Assembly: GCA_023246055.1 (NCBI GenBank)
Contig: JAHFJD010000004.1
Coordinates: 1 to 41,753, forward strand
DNA: 41,753 bases
From: Candidatus Doudnabacteria bacterium
GTDB taxonomy: Bacteria > Patescibacteriota > Doudnabacteria > UBA920 > 2-01-FULL-46-14
Direction: 5' to 3'
Part shown: piece by piece, positions 1 through 8,989 of the stretch
How the letters are laid out: every line of letters starts with the position of its first letter
Position numbering within the stretch: position 1 is the stretch's first letter
The notes under the pieces: model-generated
What the model saw: the letters and a program-made list of their open reading frames with translations, nothing else
What the model was told of the DNA's origin: nothing
Databases searched by the model: none
Program-made: the position numbers and the translations under genes

Positions 1-10
1 CCCAGATCCA

Positions 11-391
11 GTGATCTCATGTACACAAACTAGCTGCACAGCAACAGATGATGCCGGTAACACGACGATTCTATCCTTTCAAAAGACCAAGGTCCTGACC
101 ACCAAAAACCTGAAGCTTTTGTCGGTTTCGTATAACGGGACGACATCAAGCTTTCAGCCAAATCTACTCGTCATAAATCTCGTGGAGAAATCAGGTTCGC
201 TGTTGGATTTTGACCAAGGATTTTGGCTCAAATCCAAGCAAGTGATTTACATAGACCTCAACAAACCGAAGAACCAATCCACGATTTATACTCTGAAAAG
301 CAACGGGACATTGACCAAAGAGGTGGTGAGGGGAATGAGATTTTTGCAACTCGGAACAGAAGGCGGTAATATTAAGGCAAATATTAAATAG
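11..391 (+). CDS. hypothetical protein, 5'-truncated by window edge
   Basis: Frame is open from the window start; followed 6 nt later by the next ORF. Confidence 0.5.
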   Translation: MISCTQTSCTATDDAGNTTILSFQKTKVLTTKNLKLLSVSYNGTTSSFQPNLLVINLVEKSGSLLDFDQGFWLKSKQVIYIDLNKPKNQSTIYTLKSNGTLTKEVVRGMRFLQLGTEGGNIKANIK

Positions 392-397
392 GAAGAG

Positions 398-697
398 ATG
401 ACAATAAATAAAAAGCTTTGGATAATTTTTGTTCTGATTGTTATAGTACCCTTTATTTTGGGTCTATCCCCTGATTCCTTGCTTAACACAATTGGATGTC
501 GGGGTGAAGTACCCATCTGTAATAACTTTAGATTTGTATTTTTTTCAATATCTATACTTGCTGCTGTATATGTCATTTATGCTAATCATTCAAGAGGTTC
601 AAGAGGAAATTTGTGGTATGCACTTGGACTTATTTTTTTGATCGTTGATGTTTTATTTGTTTTCACATTGTACTCTCTATCCAACTTTGGCTTCTAA
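398..697 (+). CDS. hypothetical membrane protein (about 3 TM)
   Basis: Hydrophobic segments; GGAAGAG before ATG; low GC. Confidence 0.6.
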   Translation: MTINKKLWIIFVLIVIVPFILGLSPDSLLNTIGCRGEVPICNNFRFVFFSISILAAVYVIYANHSRGSRGNLWYALGLIFLIVDVLFVFTLYSLSNFGF

Positions 698-869
698 ATG
701 TTTTTTGGTAATGATTTCTAGAAGCAACGCAACCTGTCGAACGTGTACAAAACCTGATTAACTTACATTGTCCAGAATTTTTCGACCGAAAAAAACGCGG
801 CAATTCATGCAGTGAGCTCAAAAGCCTTGTCACCAGGAACCTGGAGCGAAATTTCATTTTGCGCCGATA

Positions 870-898
870 TTGCCACTTTCCTTAGGCAGAGGTAAAAT
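870..898 (+). promoter_or_regulatory. sigma70-type promoter (TTGCCA-17-TAAAAT)
   Basis: Near-consensus hexamers with 17-nt spacing, upstream of ATG 924. Confidence 0.55.
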
Positions 899-923
899 AT
901 GGATAAGACCTAAATTTATTGAT

Positions 924-2315
924 ATGGCCGATACTACCACCCCAAAAAAATCCCTCACAGAAACTCTCTACAAACAAAACGCCGAGCTGGCGATCAGAAA
1001 CAAAACTCTCTCCCTCCTCTCCAAGCTCTACGAAATCAGCATCCTGACCCTGACGCCAAAGGATTTGGCCGCCAAAATCAGCCCTATAGTCCAAGCGGAC
1101 CTAAATTTTGAGTTGGTCGGGATATTGCTTTTCGACAAAGAAAAAAACTCGTTTTTACCTCTGGATTTCTCAAGCTCCGAACGTCTCGAAAAAATTCAAA
1201 CGGCATTCAAAATCCAATTTGCTGGAATAAAGATTCCAACTTCAAAAAGTCTTTTTTGGAAACAGCTTGTTGATTCCAAGACCGTGGGATACACGGAAGC
1301 TTTACCTGAGGTGTGGAACTCGTTAGTGGCAGAAAAAATGCTCGCCGAGATCAGCACTGATGGTCATGTCCGCTCCTCCCTCGTCTACCCCCTACTCATC
1401 CAAAACGAAATTATCGGCGCATTGATACTAAGCCTCAATCGCCTGAAAAATGACCTCGTGGATTTTGAAAAAGAGTCAATCAGCAGCTTTGTCAATGTCA
1501 TTACAGTCGCTCTGGACAAAGCCATTGTCTCGGAAAAATTAAAAGAAGCCAATCAGCAACTGAAAATTCTCGATGCGGCGCGGGCCGAGTTCATCACCAT
1601 GGCCAGCCACCAGCTGCGCACACCGCCGTCCTCCATCAAATGGTTTCTGTCAGCCATCCTCGCCGATGAATTCGGAAAAATAGATGGCGAGCTGCGGGAG
1701 GCGCTTCGAAAAATCGATGCTACTAACAGCTCGCAAATTTCGCTCATCGATGCATTGCTTAACGTCTCCCGCATTGAACGCGGCAAGTTGGAATTCGTCT
1801 ATGAAGTGGCAGATCTCCTGGAAATTACCGCTCTCACAGTCGATCAGCTCCAACCTCTGGCTCAGCAAAAAAATCTCAAACTTCGCTTTGTGAAACCAAC
1901 AACTGGGCTTCCAAAGATTGTCATGGATAAAGAAAAAATTCACCAGGTGGTGAGCAACATGATTGACAATGCCATCAAATATTCGAAACAAGGTGAAATC
2001 CTAGTATCCTTGCAGCAAACTGCCACTAATCTTGAACTGAAGGTCAAAGATACGGGCAAAGGCATGGAAAAAGACGAACTTTATGCCGCTTTCCAAAAAT
2101 ACGGCCGGGGCAAAGACTCCAAAAAATACGCGGCTGGGCTGGGACTTGGCATGTATCTCGCTAAAGTCATTGTCGACCAGCACAACGGCAAAATCTGGGC
2201 GGAAAGCAAAGGCATCGGCCAGGGCTCAATATTCGCCTTCTCTCTGCCGATCGAGAGCAAACTCAAGCCTACCTCCCTGGTTTTTGACCTCACCAAAACT
2301 CAAAACGTAAAATAA
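924..2315 (+). CDS. GAF-domain sensor histidine kinase (HisKA + HATPase_c)
   Basis: H-box ASHQLRTP, N-box NMIDNAIKYS, G-boxes DTGKG and GLGLG; ATG 924 preferred over TTG 870. Confidence 0.9.
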   Translation: MADTTTPKKSLTETLYKQNAELAIRNKTLSLLSKLYEISILTLTPKDLAAKISPIVQADLNFELVGILLFDKEKNSFLPLDFSSSERLEKIQTAFKIQFAGIKIPTSKSLFWKQLVDSKTVGYTEALPEVWNSLVAEKMLAEISTDGHVRSSLVYPLLIQNEIIGALILSLNRLKNDLVDFEKESISSFVNVITVALDKAIVSEKLKEANQQLKILDAARAEFITMASHQLRTPPSSIKWFLSAILADEFGKIDGELREALRKIDATNSSQISLIDALLNVSRIERGKLEFVYEVADLLEITALTVDQLQPLAQQKNLKLRFVKPTTGLPKIVMDKEKIHQVVSNMIDNAIKYSKQGEILVSLQQTATNLELKVKDTGKGMEKDELYAAFQKYGRGKDSKKYAAGLGLGMYLAKVIVDQHNGKIWAESKGIGQGSIFAFSLPIESKLKPTSLVFDLTKTQNVK

Positions 2316-4934
2316 ATGCTCAAATCTAGATCCTGGCAGAGTCTCGAAATCCAACAAATCCTGGAAATTCTGAAACTCAATAACTCAAAAGGTCTCACTT
2401 CAGACGAGGTCGAAACACGACGCGCTGAGTACGGAGCCAATGTCTTGCCCGAGAGCCGGAAGCGTAGCGTGTTGCAGATGTTTTTTTCGCAATTTGCTAG
2501 CCCCTTAGTTTGGATATTGTTGGTTGCGGCACTCCTCGGCCTGTTTTTTCACGAACCGGGCAATTTTTTAGAAAAATATGGTGACCCCATCGTTATCCTC
2601 ATCGTGGTCATTGTCAACGCCTGTATCGGCCTGTTTCAAGAATACCGCGCGAACAAAATTTTTGAAAAACTCAAAGAAATAGTCCGGGTCAAAGCGATTG
2701 TGATTCGTGGAGGAAAAACTTATTCAGTTGACTCAGCCGATTTGGTGCCGGGTGATCTCGTGATGCTAAAAGGCGGCAATAAAGTTCCGGCTGACTCGAG
2801 ACTTTTAAAGGTCGCCAATCTCGAAGCCAATGAGGCTTTGCTCACAGGTGAATCCAAAGCAGTCAAAAAATCACTGGGCCTCATCGGAGAAAAAGCCCTG
2901 GTCGGAGACCGAACCAACATGGTGTTCACCGGCACGGTCATAGAACGCGGCGAAGGGCTCGGCCTGGTCGTGGCCACTGGTGGACTAACCGAAATTGGAC
3001 AAATTTCTACCCTCACCCAAAATACCGAGAACGAAGAGAGTCCCTTGCAGGCCCGGATGGGCAAACTCGGACGCTTTCTCACGGAAATCTTTATCGTCAT
3101 TTCTCTCGCCATTTTTATCCTCGGCCTTAGCGAGGGCGATCCTTTTATTGAAATGGTGCAAACGACTGTGGCTATGGCGGTCGCGGCAATCCCCGAAGGC
3201 CTACCGGCCGCAATATCCATAATCCTCGCGGTCGCCAGCCAAAAAATCTTGGCCCGCAAAGGCCTGGTACGAAAGCTTATCGCCGCCGAGACCTTGGGCT
3301 CAACTTCAGTAATTTGCACTGACAAGACAGGAACTCTCACCTACGGACAGATGAAAGTGGAGGAAATCATTGCGCGCAGTGACGAAAAACAAGTCCTCCT
3401 CGCCCTGGCTTTGGCAAATGAAGCCATACTAGAGGATCGCGATGGGAAAATGACAGTGAACGGAGAGGCCACAGACAAAGCCAAGCTGGAAAAATTTATG
3501 ACGACAGGAAAAAATCTACGCGACACGCTGTCCTCCCTCCCCCGCATCGCCATGGTACCGTTTGAAGAATCAAGGAAATATATCGCCTCCTTCCACCTGG
3601 ACGGCAAGATGCTAAAAATTTTCCTGTCTGGGGCGCCAGAAGCAATCCTTTTGAAAAGCAAGCTCAAGGAAACAGAAAAACGCCAGATTCGTGAAACCTA
3701 TGAGAACATGGCGGGACGCGGGTTTCGCTTAATCGCCGCTGCTTCCCGAAATATCGTGTTGTCGAAATCGAATTTTCGAGAAGGAATGGAGGTTTCTGAT
3801 CTCGTGAAATTCGTAGACGATTTGGAATATTTAGGCCTCGCTGCGATCCGCGACCCCATCAGGGAAGATGTGCGCGAAACCTTGGCCGTTACCCGCAAAG
3901 CTGGTGTCAAAGTCCTCATGGTTACCGGCGATCACATACTCACCGCCAAAGCTATTGGACTCGAATTGGGTTTTGGCACTGCTAGCGATGCTGTAATCAC
4001 TGGCGAGGAGTTAGACAAAATTTCCGACGGGGAGCTACAGTCTGTGATAAAAAACTTGGAAATCATTGCCCGAGTCAACCCGGAACACAAGCTCCGCATC
4101 ATTGCCGCTTGGCAAAAACACGGTGCAGTGGTCGCTATGTCGGGTGATGGGGTAAATGACGCACCAGCCCTGAAAGCGGCTGACATTGGGGTGGCCGTTG
4201 GCTCTGGCACGGATGTGGCCAAAGAAGCTTCGGATTTGGTGCTCCTCGATGATAGTTTCAGCACCATAACCGCCGCAATCGAAGAAGGTCGCACAGGTTT
4301 TGCAAATATCCGCAAAGCCACAGTCACCGTCATGTCCAACGCTTTTACGGAAATCATTCTCATTGCCTCAACTCTCGTCACTCATTCCCCTTTTCCTGTC
4401 ACTGCGATCCAAATCCTCTGGGTCAACATTGTGGAGGATGGTTTGCCTGTCCTAGCGATGGCTTTCGAGCCGTCAGAAGAAGGGATTATGAACACCAAGC
4501 CCATATCACCTCGAGAACCAATCTTGGATCGAGAGAGTAAGATGCTGATTTTTGTGGTAAGCTTGATTAGCGACCTCACTCTGGTCGCAATATTTTTATA
4601 TCTGCACCGCGTTCTGCATTGGGATCTCATGAAGGCCCAATCTCTGGTGTTTATAGCCACTGCCACACCCACGCTCGTCAACGTCTTTTCGTTTAAATCC
4701 TTGCGATTGCCTCTCCCCAAGATAAACCTCTGGAACAATAAATTTCTGCTCGCGTCCGTGGCAATCGGATTTGCCCTGATGCTCATCGCTGTGTATGTGC
4801 CTTTTTTCAATCACTTTCTCGGTACTGTGCCTTTGCCATTTTGGCCAGCGATCGCGAGCCTCGTCCTATTTCCTGTCTACAAACTTTCCCTCATTGAACT
4901 CACCAAAATGTGGTATCGAAGAAATCACAATTAA
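2316..4934 (+). CDS. cation-transporting P-type ATPase (type IIA, Ca2+-like)
   Basis: TGES, PEGL, DKTGT and GDGVNDAPAL motifs. Confidence 0.93.
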   Translation: MLKSRSWQSLEIQQILEILKLNNSKGLTSDEVETRRAEYGANVLPESRKRSVLQMFFSQFASPLVWILLVAALLGLFFHEPGNFLEKYGDPIVILIVVIVNACIGLFQEYRANKIFEKLKEIVRVKAIVIRGGKTYSVDSADLVPGDLVMLKGGNKVPADSRLLKVANLEANEALLTGESKAVKKSLGLIGEKALVGDRTNMVFTGTVIERGEGLGLVVATGGLTEIGQISTLTQNTENEESPLQARMGKLGRFLTEIFIVISLAIFILGLSEGDPFIEMVQTTVAMAVAAIPEGLPAAISIILAVASQKILARKGLVRKLIAAETLGSTSVICTDKTGTLTYGQMKVEEIIARSDEKQVLLALALANEAILEDRDGKMTVNGEATDKAKLEKFMTTGKNLRDTLSSLPRIAMVPFEESRKYIASFHLDGKMLKIFLSGAPEAILLKSKLKETEKRQIRETYENMAGRGFRLIAAASRNIVLSKSNFREGMEVSDLVKFVDDLEYLGLAAIRDPIREDVRETLAVTRKAGVKVLMVTGDHILTAKAIGLELGFGTASDAVITGEELDKISDGELQSVIKNLEIIARVNPEHKLRIIAAWQKHGAVVAMSGDGVNDAPALKAADIGVAVGSGTDVAKEASDLVLLDDSFSTITAAIEEGRTGFANIRKATVTVMSNAFTEIILIASTLVTHSPFPVTAIQILWVNIVEDGLPVLAMAFEPSEEGIMNTKPISPREPILDRESKMLIFVVSLISDLTLVAIFLYLHRVLHWDLMKAQSLVFIATATPTLVNVFSFKSLRLPLPKINLWNNKFLLASVAIGFALMLIAVYVPFFNHFLGTVPLPFWPAIASLVLFPVYKLSLIELTKMWYRRNHN

Positions 4935-4945
4935 ATTGAACTTCT

Positions 4946-5506
4946 ATGGAAAAACCCGAATTCAAACCTAATATCTCCGATGATCTCAAAGAGCCGGTTG
5001 GCCACCTTATCGAACACCGTCTGCCGTGGCTGATTTTAGGGCTCCTTGGAGGCATCGTCACCTCGATCATTGTATCCAGCTATGAAAAAATTCTGTCCGC
5101 TGACCTGCGATTGGCCTTTTTTATTCCTGTGATCGTTTACATGAGCGATGCGGTCGGTACCCAAACGGAAACCATCTACGTCAGGCATTTACGAAAATCA
5201 GGCGGAGACTTCTCAAAATATCTTTTCAAAGAAACTGGTCTCGGCCTCTCTCTAGGTTCAATCTTCGGACTCGTCATCGGGTTATTCGCCGCCTACTGGC
5301 TGCACGCGCCAGCGATCGGAATAACTGTTGGGTTGGCGATGTTTATCAATGTAACCATAGCGCCTGTCTTGGCAATTTTCATTCCAGAAATTCTATACAA
5401 AGAACATTCAGATCCCGCCCTTGGCTCGGGTCCGCTCGCGACGATTATTCAAGACCTATTGAGTTTACTCATTTATTTTCTGATAGCAAGCTTGATTATT
5501 TTCTGA
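4946..5506 (+). CDS. MgtE-family magnesium transporter, membrane domain only
   Basis: RLPWL, FFIPVI and DPALGSGPL..IQD motifs. Confidence 0.85.
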   Translation: MEKPEFKPNISDDLKEPVGHLIEHRLPWLILGLLGGIVTSIIVSSYEKILSADLRLAFFIPVIVYMSDAVGTQTETIYVRHLRKSGGDFSKYLFKETGLGLSLGSIFGLVIGLFAAYWLHAPAIGITVGLAMFINVTIAPVLAIFIPEILYKEHSDPALGSGPLATIIQDLLSLLIYFLIASLIIF

Positions 5507-5520
5507 AAATCTGCTATAAT
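5492..5520 (+). promoter_or_regulatory. sigma70-type promoter (TTGATT-17-TATAAT, extended -10 TG)
   Basis: Perfect TGnTATAAT upstream of ATG 5555. Confidence 0.65.
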
Positions 5521-5554
5521 ATTTTCAGATTTATTAACATCGGAAACAAAAAAT

Positions 5555-5734
5555 ATGAGTTCGGCAATCGCTCAATATATCAAACACACGTGCGTTAAAT
5601 GCGGCAAAGCCAAGACGGGGGTGGAAGGAATCCACCGCTTTGGGGGTAAAACCTTTTGCTGCGAGGTTTGCTGCGGAAACACCTCCCAAAACGAACACAA
5701 ACAAAAAGTAGCCAATGCTTGCGAATTCTGTTAG
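5555..5734 (+). CDS. 59-aa Cys-rich small protein (metallothionein/TRASH-like); not in the ORF track
   Basis: Manual translation MSSAIAQYIKHTCVKCGKAKTGVEGIHRFGGKTFCCEVCCGNTSQNEHKQKVANACEFC; overlaps the next start codon. Confidence 0.75.
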   Translation: MSSAIAQYIKHTCVKCGKAKTGVEGIHRFGGKTFCCEVCCGNTSQNEHKQKVANACEFC

Positions 5735-6503
5735 CGTCTTATTTTATAGCTGTTTAATCATCGGGGTTTTCCTGATTGCGGCTCTGGTGAAAAAAGAGCC
5801 GAGTCAGAGCTTAAAACTCTTTTTATTTTTGGGTATGATTGTGCCGGCTGTATTTACGACCATCTATTTGGCGGCTGCCACAGTCATGGAAAATCGCGCA
5901 TCTGTCACCGCAGGTCCGGTCCACTGGCATGCGGATTTTCAAATTTATTCCTGTGATAAAAATCTTCAGGCCTCGAATCAGGTCCTCGGCCGGACCATCC
6001 TGCTTGCTCATGGAGGCGAAGAGGAAAACATGGGAAAAACATCCGAATCGGTTGATATGGTCGATCCGAAAGGGCTGTCCAATCGCGTGGGCACGTCAGT
6101 TTTTCACGAACACGGCGACAATCGCATTCATATCGAAGGCGTTGTCCGAAATCTTCGGGATATCAGGCTCGAAAAATTTTTTGAGGTAATCGGCGGACAA
6201 CTCACTCCCTCCTTTTTGCGGATTCCGACAAATCACGGAGAAGAAATTTTGCAAAACGGCATGAATTGCCCGAATGGCCAGCCCGGAACCCTGCAGACGT
6301 TCGTCTACAAAACTAAAGGCAATCGTATCACTCAAGAAAAACTCGCGGATTTTCCCAACTATGTAATTTCGCCTTACAGCAATATCCCTCCGGGTGATTG
6401 TCTCATTCTTGAATTTTCATCAGAAATCAAAAACAAGACGGACAAAATTTGTCCGTTCTACGAGATCGCCATCCAAAAAGGAGAATACAAGTATGAGAAT
6501 TGA
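5715..6503 (+). CDS. membrane-anchored hypothetical protein with His motifs (putative metal binding)
   Basis: Two N-terminal TMs; HWHAD and HEHGD..IHIEG motifs. Confidence 0.7.
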   Translation: MLANSVSVLFYSCLIIGVFLIAALVKKEPSQSLKLFLFLGMIVPAVFTTIYLAAATVMENRASVTAGPVHWHADFQIYSCDKNLQASNQVLGRTILLAHGGEEENMGKTSESVDMVDPKGLSNRVGTSVFHEHGDNRIHIEGVVRNLRDIRLEKFFEVIGGQLTPSFLRIPTNHGEEILQNGMNCPNGQPGTLQTFVYKTKGNRITQEKLADFPNYVISPYSNIPPGDCLILEFSSEIKNKTDKICPFYEIAIQKGEYKYEN

Positions 6504-7348
6504 TAAGGTTCCAAAAACGTGGAGCGCACTCCGACCTTGTGTCGGAGCAACACGCGTTTTTGGAAAAAGGAGAGGCACGGATACCGGAGCAGCCCCGAGC
6601 GGCGTCGAGGAGATGCGAAGTGTATCCAAGGCTCGACGTGGGGATTGAGTCACAGCTTCCGACAATTTTCACGGTTCTGGTGACGGCGGTGATTGATTCC
6701 ATCAATCCCTGCGCCATTGGCGTATTGATCTTGATGATGTCTGTAGTCATGTCTTCTGGCGGTTCGATCAGACGAATGCTCTCTTTGGGCTTTGTCTATA
6801 TTGGTGCAGTCTATGTCACGTATCTAGCTGCCGGTCTGGGGCTAATCTATTTTTTTGCCCGCATTCCCCTGGTCGTAACTGAATACCTGTCGATTGGCGT
6901 GGCACTGTTTGTTACTCTGGCCGGTATTCTGGAAATCAAAGATTATTTCTGGTATGGCCGGGGTTTTTCTTTGGCCATTCCGGCCAGCATGGCAAAAAAA
7001 ATCGACCAATACGCGACGCACACGACAATCATCGGCATGGCGGCCTTGGGAGCTTTCGTGTCAGGCGTGGAACTGCCTTGCACGGGCGCGCCATATTTGG
7101 CAATAATCACCATTCTGTCGCAGTATTTTGATTTCAAGGCATTTCTGCTTCTGGTGTTTTACAATCTCATCTTTGTCTCCCCTCTGATCGTCATCCTCCT
7201 GATGGTCGCGACTGGAAAAAAGATTCAAGAAGTCAAGAAATGGAAACAGGACAATCGCGGATTCATGCGCCTGGCTATCGGTCTGCTTTTGATTGGCCTT
7301 TCCTGGCTGCTGATCTTGATCGCCAACGGCACAATTAATTTCGGTTAA
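6500..7348 (+). CDS. CcdA/DsbD-like (cytochrome c biogenesis-type) transmembrane protein; true start probably near 6640
   Basis: DSINPCA and ELPCTG catalytic Cys motifs; multiple TMs; the N-terminal part of the ORF is non-homologous, hairpin-rich sequence. Confidence 0.8.
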   Translation: MIRFQKRGAHSDLVSEQHAFLEKGEARIPEQPRAASRRCEVYPRLDVGIESQLPTIFTVLVTAVIDSINPCAIGVLILMMSVVMSSGGSIRRMLSLGFVYIGAVYVTYLAAGLGLIYFFARIPLVVTEYLSIGVALFVTLAGILEIKDYFWYGRGFSLAIPASMAKKIDQYATHTTIIGMAALGAFVSGVELPCTGAPYLAIITILSQYFDFKAFLLLVFYNLIFVSPLIVILLMVATGKKIQEVKKWKQDNRGFMRLAIGLLLIGLSWLLILIANGTINFG

Positions 7349-7387
7349 TCCTTTTTTGTATTTTCGTAATAATTAGTATTTCGTAGT

Positions 7388-7657
7388 ATGCCACATATCG
7401 TAAAACGCAGAGGACATACAGAGCCTTTTGATTCCCGCAAAATCTATGCGGCAGTTTTCGCATCCTGCCGCAACGCTCATCTGTCGGAAATGCTCTCCGA
7501 AAACATTGCTGACAGTGTGCAAAACCGTCTGGAGGAGTGGGTCGAAGATAAACAGGACGTAACATCAGAGCAGATTTTCCGGGAAACCATCACTGTCCTC
7601 AAAGCCCTGCACCCAGACGCCGCGTTTCTGTTCGAAACTCACCGCGACATCTCATAA
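7388..7657 (+). CDS. stand-alone ATP-cone domain protein
   Basis: IVKRRG..EPFD..KI motif. Confidence 0.8.
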   Translation: MPHIVKRRGHTEPFDSRKIYAAVFASCRNAHLSEMLSENIADSVQNRLEEWVEDKQDVTSEQIFRETITVLKALHPDAAFLFETHRDIS

Positions 7658-7670
7658 TTTGCAATTCTTT

Positions 7671-7710
7671 CCCTCCCCAGGCCTGGGGAGGGATCAAGGG
7701 AGGGGTCGCC
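7671..7710. repeat. family A C/G-rich hairpin + G-rich tail
   Basis: CCCTCCCCAGGCCTGGGGAGGG-ATCAAGGGAGGGG; near-identical to 12046 and 40452. Confidence 0.9.
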
Positions 7711-8043
7711 ATGTCTGATTTAACTTCCAAACACTGTATCCCATGTGAAGGAGACGTTCCTCCCTTCACCCGCCCGCAAGCCGAAACCTATCTGCCCCAA
7801 GTTTCAGGATGGGAACTATCCCCGGATGCCCGATCAATCTCCCGAAAATTCAAATTCAAAAATTTTAAGGCCGCACTTGTTTTTGTAAACCAGATCGGCG
7901 AGATTGCCGAAGCCGAAGGCCATCACCCAGACATCTCTTTTGGCTGGGGTTATGTCCACATCAAACTCTCAACTCATGCAATCACAGGTTTATCAGAGAA
8001 TGATTTTATTCTGGCGGCAAAGATTAATCAGATTAGGAATTAG
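7711..8043 (+). CDS. phhB: pterin-4-alpha-carbinolamine dehydratase
   Basis: FKFKNF, EGHHPD, THAI.GLS.NDF.LAAKI. Confidence 0.92.
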   Translation: MSDLTSKHCIPCEGDVPPFTRPQAETYLPQVSGWELSPDARSISRKFKFKNFKAALVFVNQIGEIAEAEGHHPDISFGWGYVHIKLSTHAITGLSENDFILAAKINQIRN

Positions 8044-8050
8044 ATCAACT

Positions 8051-8086
8051 AAAAAACCCGGACGAACTTCAGTAGTTCGCACGGGC
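8051..8086 (-). terminator. intrinsic terminator between convergent genes
   Basis: Imperfect CCCG.ACGAACT/AGTTCG.ACGGG stem followed by a T-tract on the minus strand. Confidence 0.5.
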
Positions 8087-8095
8087 TTGGAATTT

Positions 8096-8815
8096 TTACC
8101 GTTGGGTCGGGGTAAGCGATTCACGATCCACAAGCTTTCCGGCCTCTTTAACACTCAAACCAAGATCCTTAGGAAGCAGGGGGTATTGGATAAGTAAGTC
8201 TCGGAGCTGATCGCGTGCCTCTTCATCACCGGCGAGAACCCGTTCTCGAAGCTTTGGACCATTCTTTTTTCCATACTCGACAAACCACGTTATGAGTCCT
8301 AACCTCGTGATTATCCCCGACCCATCTGTGGGGGCGTCCTGATAGACGAGTTGAAACTCAACATCGCTCACATAATATTGCAATATATGGGCAACATCAT
8401 ATTGGTTCTTGTGGTAGAAAGAGTTCAGACGTTCCTGCGCCCAGCCGGGACTGGTAATTAATGCCCCATATAAGGTTTCACAGCGAATTGGAAACTCATC
8501 TTCTGGTGCGTTCAGATACTTTGTGAGCATTATCGCCTTTTCTCTATACGACTTGATCCACAACTGTTCCAATTATTTTTCAGACAACCTTAGTGTCTCC
8601 TGCAGCTTTGGATCAGAGCGCAGAGCTTGTCTCAATTCTCCCATCCCGTTATACCTGGCATGAATCGTGCAGATATCCTCGGAAATCGGCTCCAAGCGTA
8701 ATGTTGCAAGGATGTTTGCAAGATCACTGATTTCAAGTTTGTGCGGCTGGGCATTCGAAGCCACTGGAACCGCAAGCACAAAAACAATGGCCGCAACAAT
8801 ACTGAAATTTTTCAT
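8096..8815 (-). pseudogene. secreted hypothetical protein split by an in-frame TAA (8573-8575), or two coupled ORFs
   Basis: ORFs 8573..8815 (signal peptide, GAGGAGG SD) and 8096..8572 are contiguous and in the same frame. Confidence 0.5.
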
Positions 8816-8890
8816 CGTCTCCTCCTCGAAATAGGTTCCTAACTCTTGCTAAAGCTTAGTTTAGTTTCCAAATCTTGTCTAGTTTCCGAT

Positions 8891-8934
8891 AATCACACGC
8901 TATTACCATACTAGTATGGTAATAGCGTGTGATT
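8891..8934. repeat. 44-bp perfect spacer-less palindrome
   Basis: AATCACACGCTATTACCATACT|AGTATGGTAATAGCGTGTGATT. Confidence 0.95.
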
Positions 8935-8989
8935 CCAATTATAAAATTCTGACTTGCTTACAACTCTACAGCTTACTACTTACAACTTC

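Noticed and set aside
6500-6640. N-terminal extension of the CcdA-like ORF as a real domain
   Set aside because: Hairpin-rich, non-homologous sequence with a TTG start; probably another repeat cluster, but no clear second copy in the window confirms this
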